Positions 57,155 to 64,000 of a stretch of DNA of 64,000 nucleotides are shown here, piece by piece. The stretch lies in assembly GCA_963705305.1 (NCBI GenBank), contig OY970067.1, forward strand, positions 3,744,001-3,808,000, read 5' to 3'. Within the stretch, counting starts at the first letter, position 1. The number at the start of each line of letters is the position of its first letter. The notes under the pieces were generated by a model. That model was not told the DNA's origin and made no database searches. It saw nothing but the letters and a program-made list of their open reading frames with translations. Source of the DNA: an uncultured Methylomirabilota bacterium (lineage in GTDB: Bacteria > Methylomirabilota > Methylomirabilia > Methylomirabilales > 2-02-FULL-66-22). A program made the translations under genes and the position numbers.

Positions 57155-60100
57155 ATGGCTATCAGTGTCGGCATTGATGTCGGCGCGGTCAGCGTGAAGG
57201 CGGCGGTGCTGGGCGATGGCCCGCACCGGGACGAGTTGGATCGCCTGGCCGCGGACGGCGGGTTCACCTGGTGTTCCGCCGCTCGCCCTCTCTTGATCTC
57301 CCGCTATCGCCATTCCCTCGGAGACCCCCTGGGTGCCGCCGAAGCCCTGGTGTCGGTCGTGCAGAAGTTCGTCCGCGACGTCCATTGGGATCGAATTCTG
57401 GTCACAGGCTCCGGGGCGCGCCTCCTCGAAGAGCGGTGGGGGTTGGAGCACATCAACGATTTCAAGGCCATCGCGGCCGCCACCGCGTTCCTGCATCCCG
57501 AGGTGGTCACCGTCTTCGAGATGGGCGGGGAGTCGTCGAAATTTCTCCGCCTGGAGACCGATCCGGTCGCGGGCCGGGCAAGTATCCTCGACTACGAGTC
57601 GAACGGGGACTGCGCAGCGGGGACCGGATCGTTCATCGAGCAGCAGGCCACGCGCCTCCGGTATGACATCGAAGAGGTCGGACAGGTGGCGTGCTGCGCC
57701 GGGTCCGCCGCCCGGATCGCTGGCCGATGCTCGGTTTTCGCCAAGTCCGATATGATCCACGCCCAGCAGAAGGGGTACGAGCCGCCTCAAATCCTGCGGG
57801 GGTTGTGCGATGCGGTGGCGCGGAATTTCAAGGGCAGCATCACCAAGGGCAAGCTGGCCGAGCCGCCCGTGGCCTTCATCGGAGGCCTGGCCAAGAACGC
57901 GGGGGTGGTCCAGGCGCTGCGGGAGGTGTTCCGACTTGACGAGCGGCAACTCTTCGTGCCGGAGGCGTATGCCTGGTTCGGGGCCATCGGGGCGGCGCTG
58001 TTGCGCGACGAAGTGGGCGCTCGGCGGGGAAGAGGCCCGGTCGTCGCCGGGTCCGATGCCGTGGCCGGGCGCGACAGCGGCGGCCTGGCGACGGCCCGGC
58101 CCCTGAGTCTGGAGCACGTTCTCCTGCTGCGGGATCGGGTGCGCCCCTACCAGCTGCCCCAGGACGGCGAAGCGGAGGAGGCCTACCTGGGGATCGACGT
58201 CGGCTCCGTGAGCACGAACCTGGTGGTGCTCACCGGTGCCGGAGAGGTCATGCACGAGATCTACGTCCGGACCGACGGGCGGCCCATCGAAGTGGTGCGC
58301 GCCGGCCTCCAGACCATCGTCCGGGCGCTGGGCGATCGGATCCGGATCCGCGGGGTCGGCGCCACCGGATCGGGCCGCGAGCTGATCGGCGAGCTGGTCG
58401 GCGCCGACACGGTCAACGACGAGATCACGGCCCACAAGACCGGGGCCATGCACGTGAGCCGGACGCTCGTCGGCGAGGCGGTGGACACGATCTTCGAGAT
58501 TGGCGGGCAGGATGCCAAATTCATCGCCATCGAGAACGGCGTGGTCGTGGATTTCGCCATGAATGAGGCCTGCGCCGCCGGGACGGGCTCCTTCCTAGAA
58601 GAGCAGGCGGAGCGGCTGGGGATCTCCATCAAGGAGGAGTTCTCGCGCCTGGCCTTTCAGTCGCGGCAGCCCATCCACCTGGGCGAGCGCTGCACGGTCT
58701 TCATGGAGCAGGATGTCAACGCCTGGCAGCAGCGGGGCGCGTCCCGGGAAGACCTGGTGGCGGGCCTGGCCTACTCGGTGGCCCTGAACTATCTCAACCG
58801 GGTGGTCCGCGGGCGGCGGATCGGCAACGTGATCTACTTCCAGGGCGGGACGGCTTACAACGACGCGGTGGCGGCGGCCTTTGCAGGCATCCTGGGAAAG
58901 CGGATCGTGGTTCCGCCGCACAACGGGGTGGTGGGCGCCATCGGGATGGCGCTGATGGCCAGGGAGAAGGTGGCGGGCACCGGACGTCCCACCCAGTTCC
59001 GCGGGTTCGATCTGGACAGCGTACACTATACGCTACGCGAGTTCGTGTGCAAGGCGTGCTCCAACCTCTGCGACATGCAGGAGTTCACCGTCGAGGGGGC
59101 CAAGACCTACTGGGGCGACAAGTGCAGCGACAAGTTCCGCCGCCGATTCTCGCACGGAGCGGCGCCCCGTCGTTCCGGACCTGATCAAGCTGCGCCGGGA
59201 ATGCCTGCTGGCCGGCTACGAGGGGCCGCGAACTTCAGGGCCTCGGGTGGGCATTCCGCAGGCCATGCTCTTCCACGACCGCTTTCCCTTTTGGCGGGCC
59301 TTTCTCGAGGAGCTGGGCTGTGCCGTGGTGCTCTCCGACGAGACCAATCGCGCCATCGGGCACGCCGGGATCGACCTCACCGTGGCGGAGCCGTGTTACC
59401 CGATCCGGGTGGCCCACGGCCACGTCCAGAACCTGCTGGACAAGGGCGTGGACTGGGTGTTGATCCCCAACGTGATCAATGCAGAGTGGCGCCCGGACAC
59501 CGTCGAGACCCAGATGTGTCCATGGGCCCAGACCCTGCCGTTCGTTGTGCAGAGCGTGCCGCGGCTGGCGGAGGTCCGGGACCGGATTCTCTGTCCCACT
59601 GTCCATTTTCGCCTGGGCGAGGCGCACGTGGCCCGCGAGCTGACCCCCCTGGGGCGCCGGCTGGGGGCGGGTCCCACGCGCACGCGCCGGGCCGCCGCAC
59701 GGGCCTTCGAGGCGCAGCGGGTCTTCCGGGCTGCGGTTGAGGCGGCGGGCGGCGAGGCCCTGGCTCGCCTCCAGGAAACCGGCGAGCCGGGCATCGTGCT
59801 GGTGGGCCGCTCCTACAACATCTATGATCGGGCCGTGAACCTAGACATTCCCGGCAAGCTCCGGGACTATTACGGCATCAACGTGCTTCCGCTGGACTGC
59901 CTGCCGCTCGGCGACGAGAACATCCGGGACGTCAACGACAACATGTACTGGCACTCCGGCTGGCGCATTCTGGCCGCCGGCAAGCTGACGGCGCGCTGGC
60001 CCAATCTGCATATCATCCACCTCACCAATTTCAAGTGCGGCCCCGACTCGTACATCAAGCACTTCCTGGCGGAGGCCTGCGGCAAGCCGTTCCTCGGCCT

Positions 60101-60206
60101 CCAGTTCGACGGCCACAGCAACGATGCCGGCGCCCTGACGCGTTGCGAGGCCTATCTGGACAGCAAGGGGATGCTGCGATGGTGGCCCATGCCCGCGGGG
60201 GCCTGA
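57155..60206 (+). CDS. 2-hydroxyacyl-CoA dehydratase activase-like protein (two BadF/BcrA ATPase domains + DUF2229), +1 frameshift near 59147
   Basis: GIDVG twice, CAAGTGSF twice, CKACSNLC; continues in the frame of ORF 59247 (AEPCYP, FKCGPD, DGH...TRCEA). Confidence 0.88.
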
Positions 60207-61480
60207 TGGACCGGCGGCTGTACCTCTCCCGGATGAGCGACTGCGGCACCGAGGCATTGGCGGCGGCGTTCCGCTCGGCCGGCATCGCGGCGGAGGTTCT
60301 GCCCTCTCCCGATGCCCGCACTCTGGAATTGGGGGCGCGCTACCTGGCGGGCGAGGAGTGCCTGCCGGCGAAGATCACGCTGGGGGATTACCTGAAGGTG
60401 GTCGAGGCCCCGGGATTCCGGCCCGAGCAGACGGCATTCGCGATGCCCACCACCGAGGGACCCTGTCGGTTCGGACAATATGCCCCCTACATCCGCAAGG
60501 TCCTGCGCGATCTGGGTTATCCCCAGGTCCTGGTCATGTCGCCCACCTGCGGGGATGGTTATCAACAGGTGGGGGGGGCCGGCCCGGAGCTCGTCCGGAC
60601 GGCTTGGCGGGCGGTGGTGGCATCGGACATCCTGCGGAAGCTCCTTCTGCGAACGCGACCGTATGAGCGCCATGCAGGGGATGCCGATGCGGCCTACGAG
60701 GCCTCATTGCGCGAGCTGTGCGGCGTTTTGGAGATTCCGGGCCTGCACCATCGCGAACGGCTGGAGCGGCTGGTAGAGGTTCTGACCGGGATCCGCGATC
60801 GCGTTCGCGCCGTGCCGGCCGCCTACCGGCGGGACCGGCTCCTCATCGGGATTCAGGGGGAGATCTTCTGCCGGATGGAGGAGTTCAGCAATGACCGGCT
60901 CATCCGGCGTCTGGAGGCCTGCGGGGCCGAGGCCTGGCTCTCGGATATCGGGGAGTGGGTCTGGTACTGCAACAACGACCAGGAGCGCATGCTGCGGCGC
61001 GACGGCCGCCGCATCTCTTTTTCCATGCTGGCGGCCAGGCTGCGCGACCACATCCAGCGATCCGACGAGGAGGCCCTCCGGCGCCCCTTTGAGGAGGACT
61101 TCCGGGGCTACGAAGACCCCGGGGACATCGGTGAGGTTCTGCGGGCCGGAGATCGGTACCTCCCCCAGTCCGGCGCAGGAGGCGAGATGGTGATCTCGGC
61201 CGGGAAGGTGGATTATTTCTTCCGCAAGGGCGTGGACGGCATCATCGACATCAGTCCCTTCTCCTGCATGAATGGGATCGTCTCCGAGGCGCTGTACCCG
61301 CGCCAGAGCCAGGAGCATGCCGGTCTCCCCGTCAAGAACTTCTACTTCGACGGGACCGGCGTGGACATCACCGACCAGCTGGAGATCTTCCTCGAGATGG
61401 CCGCCGCCTACCGGCAGCGCAAGCCCCACCCCCGCCGGTATCCTGCCTGTTTCGCAGGACCACTGACCACTGACCGCTGA
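60206..61480 (+). CDS. Dehydratase/CoA-protein-activase partner subunit
   Basis: ECLPA, GPCRFGQY, GEIF, PFSCM; TGATG overlap with the upstream gene. Confidence 0.85.
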   Translation: MDRRLYLSRMSDCGTEALAAAFRSAGIAAEVLPSPDARTLELGARYLAGEECLPAKITLGDYLKVVEAPGFRPEQTAFAMPTTEGPCRFGQYAPYIRKVLRDLGYPQVLVMSPTCGDGYQQVGGAGPELVRTAWRAVVASDILRKLLLRTRPYERHAGDADAAYEASLRELCGVLEIPGLHHRERLERLVEVLTGIRDRVRAVPAAYRRDRLLIGIQGEIFCRMEEFSNDRLIRRLEACGAEAWLSDIGEWVWYCNNDQERMLRRDGRRISFSMLAARLRDHIQRSDEEALRRPFEEDFRGYEDPGDIGEVLRAGDRYLPQSGAGGEMVISAGKVDYFFRKGVDGIIDISPFSCMNGIVSEALYPRQSQEHAGLPVKNFYFDGTGVDITDQLEIFLEMAAAYRQRKPHPRRYPACFAGPLTTDR

Positions 61481-61510
61481 CGACTGCTTTCTGCCTACTG
61501 ACCTCTGATC
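61462..61510. repeat. CTGAC-type heptamer repeats overlapping the gene end
   Basis: actgacc actgacc gctgacg actgctt tctgcct actgacc tctgatc. Confidence 0.55.
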
Positions 61511-61714
61511 GCAGCCCTTTGCCCTGTGCCCCATGCCATCTGCCTCGTGGATATGCCACTCTTGGCGTGCCCTGCGGTGGAGCAGTGCGTGTTGGATGCA
61601 GATGTCCGCGGCCGGATAATCACGGGCAAATCAGTTTGACACCCGCCAGCCTTGCTGAGTACAGTCTCCCCGCCACGCGGGTCAGTCGGCACCAGGTTTG
61701 GTCGTGGCAGGACG

Positions 61715-63347
61715 ATGAGAGACGATCCGGGGTCCCGATCGGCGGCGACACCCACGGGTGAGGACGCTGTGTGGTTCTCAGCGGGAGTACAGCGCGGGCG
61801 GGGAGGGATATCGAGGCCAAGCCGGGTCGGGACACTGATCGTTCCTCTGGTCGCGGCCGTGGTGGTGGCGGTTCTGTTCTTCTTCCGGCCCGTAATCTTC
61901 CAGGCGCTGGAGTTGAAGATGCTGGACGAGCACTTCCGCCTTCGGGGTCCTCGGCCCCCGGCGGTGCCGGTGCGCGTTGTTGCCGTCGACGACGCCAGCC
62001 TGGAGAAGGTGGGGCGCTGGCCCTGGCCGCGGACGACCCTGGCCAGGCTGCTGTCCATTCTGGCCGGCGCACATGCCCGAGCAGTCGGCGTGGACGTGAT
62101 CCTGTCAGAGCCAGAGCAAAGCCCCGAGCAGCGCGTGGCGGATGAACTGTTGCAGCGCATTCAGAGCCAGGGACTCTCCGGACAGGGTGGTGCGGTCGGC
62201 CGCATTATGCATGAGCTTCGGGCCATCCGAGACCGGGCCGATCCGGATCGAGCACTGGCCGGAGCGATCGAGCAGGGACCGTTCGTTCTGGCCACCTTCT
62301 TTTCGTTGGAGCGGGGAAGGACGCAGGGCAGGGAGGTGTCGGCTCCGCTGCCGAAGTTCGGCTTCATCCGGTTGCACGGAGAAGGACAGCCATCCATGCT
62401 TCTTCCCGTGGCCACGGGGGTGACGGAGCCGCTGCCCGATTTCATCGAGGCTGCCCAGAGCCTGGGCCACGTGAACATCGTGCCTGACCCCGACGGCACC
62501 GTGCGCCGGGAGGCGCCGGCGATCCGCTTCCGCGGGCACTACTATCCTTCGCTGGCGCTGCAGGTGGTGCGGGTGGCGCTCGGGCTGCCGGTTGATCAGA
62601 TGCTGCTGGATTTCGGGGGCGACGTGCAGTTGGGCTCAAGGACAATCCCCCTCGACGTTCGAGGGAAGGATGCTGCTGAACTTCCTCGGGCCGGATCGGA
62701 GCTTTCCACGATATTCGGCGGCCGGTGTGCTGAGCGGCGCGATACCTCCCGAAACATTCCAGAATGCGATTGTCTTCATCGGGGCCACGGCCGCGGGCAT
62801 CTATGATCTTCGGGTCACGCCGTTCTCACCGGTCTTTCCGGGGGTGGAAATCCACGCCACCATCGCGGAGAATATCCTGGGCCGGAAGTTCTTGCAGCGG
62901 CCGGCATGGGTGGATGTGACGGTCTTCCTGCTTATCCTCCTGCTGCCATTCGTCCTGGCGCGGATCTTGGTTCGGCTCCGGCCGCTCAGCGGAGGAATTC
63001 TGGCGGCCGGCATCCTGTTGATTCTGTTCGGCGTTGCGCAGATTCTTTTCGTTGCGGGAGGCACGTGGCTTCCCGTCTTTTACCCCATGCTGGTCGCGGC
63101 CGCCACCTATGTTCCCATCACGGTCCATCGTGCCCTGACGGAAGAGCGGCAGCGCCTCTTCATCAGGCGGGCCTTCCAGCAATACGTCCCCGAGCGGGTG
63201 GTCTCCCGGATTGCGGACGACCCTGCGATGCTCCGGTTCGGGGGCGAGCGGAGGGAGTTGACCGTGCTGTTCTCCGACATCCGGTCCTTCACGACCTATT
63301 CGGAGGAGCACCCGCCTGAAACGGTGGTGGAGAACCTTCGTGAATAC
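61715..63347 (+). pseudogene. CHASE2-domain adenylate/guanylate cyclase, frameshift near 62658 and truncated near 63347
   Basis: VAVDDASL..GRWPWPR, DPDGTVR, PGVEIHA, three TM, GGERRELTVLFSDIRSFTT; similarity stops at ENLREY before the GD motif. Confidence 0.8.
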
Positions 63348-64000
63348 CAGCTCCAGATGATTGCGGATGCACTGGCGGCGTGGCTGGTGGGGCAGACCCG
63401 GAGAGCGAACTGCAGAATGCGGCGTGATATGGAGGTCACCCCGGATTCCGCAAGAGCCGCAACCTATCCGAATTTCGCCACGCGGCTTTGGAGCGATATG
63501 ATGAACGGACGCTCCTCCCCCCATCCAGGCATGGGGAATCATCGAAGCGGGGATTGATAGAGGTCAGGCGGGGACTCAATAAGAGCTCGTGGGCCTCGGG
63601 AACAGCGCGGGATTTGGATGGCGCGAGATTGGCCTCCGGATCCCGCAGTTTTTTTGCTCGGCACCGGCTTTCGGCCTCTGCCTCTTCTTGGATGGGTGCC
63701 GCAACCCGGTCGGATCCTACCGCCGCTCAAAGGCGAATGCGGGAATTGGCCGGGGAATTCAGAGAAATGGCCCGCCCGAGCGCTCCGGAGGAATCCGAAG
63801 CTGCGGCTGGACGAAACCGCCGCTTTTTGTTAGGCTGATGCGGGGGAAAACCCCGCCCGATTCACTCCAGAGACGCGGCCGGGTGGCGCGCGGAGGATTT
63901 CGGACCTGCCCGCCGAGCGAGGCCGGGGCGTAGGTCGGTTCGATCTGGATTCTGTGGCGGTGCCCGCACGGGCCCGCGAAGGACATGCACCATGGATCAA

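Overview
GC-rich bacterial window. The repeat style and gene content are compatible with a lineage such as NC10/Methylomirabilota, but that is inference only. Main contents: (1) pdxA-like gene, LacI regulator and a sugar/sugar-acid ABC operon with duplicated Tat-type binding proteins; (2) yqeB, an ACS-type MFS transporter and a hybrid kinase with a truncated response regulator; (3) rnpB followed by an AT-richer island carrying a putative HEPN protein, an RlmJ-like ORF, a small basic ORF broken by a 41-bp insert and a TMTC-like glycosyltransferase; (4) two identical 201-bp MITEs with 9-bp target duplications; (5) a DtxR-ferritin-FTR1 iron operon; (6) a Liv-type ABC transporter with two PLP enzymes, an atypical carbamoyltransferase and carbamate kinase; (7) an intact IS1380, an IS1202-like remnant and a small AT-richer cassette encoding a 60-aa Cys-tailed peptide plus a radical SAM enzyme (best candidate for an undescribed system, a RiPP); (8) oxidoreductases/hydrolases, a candidate 6S-like RNA, a dehydratase-activase pair and a truncated CHASE2 cyclase. 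Four +1 frameshifts look like sequencing errors. No CRISPR array, tRNA or rRNA was seen.
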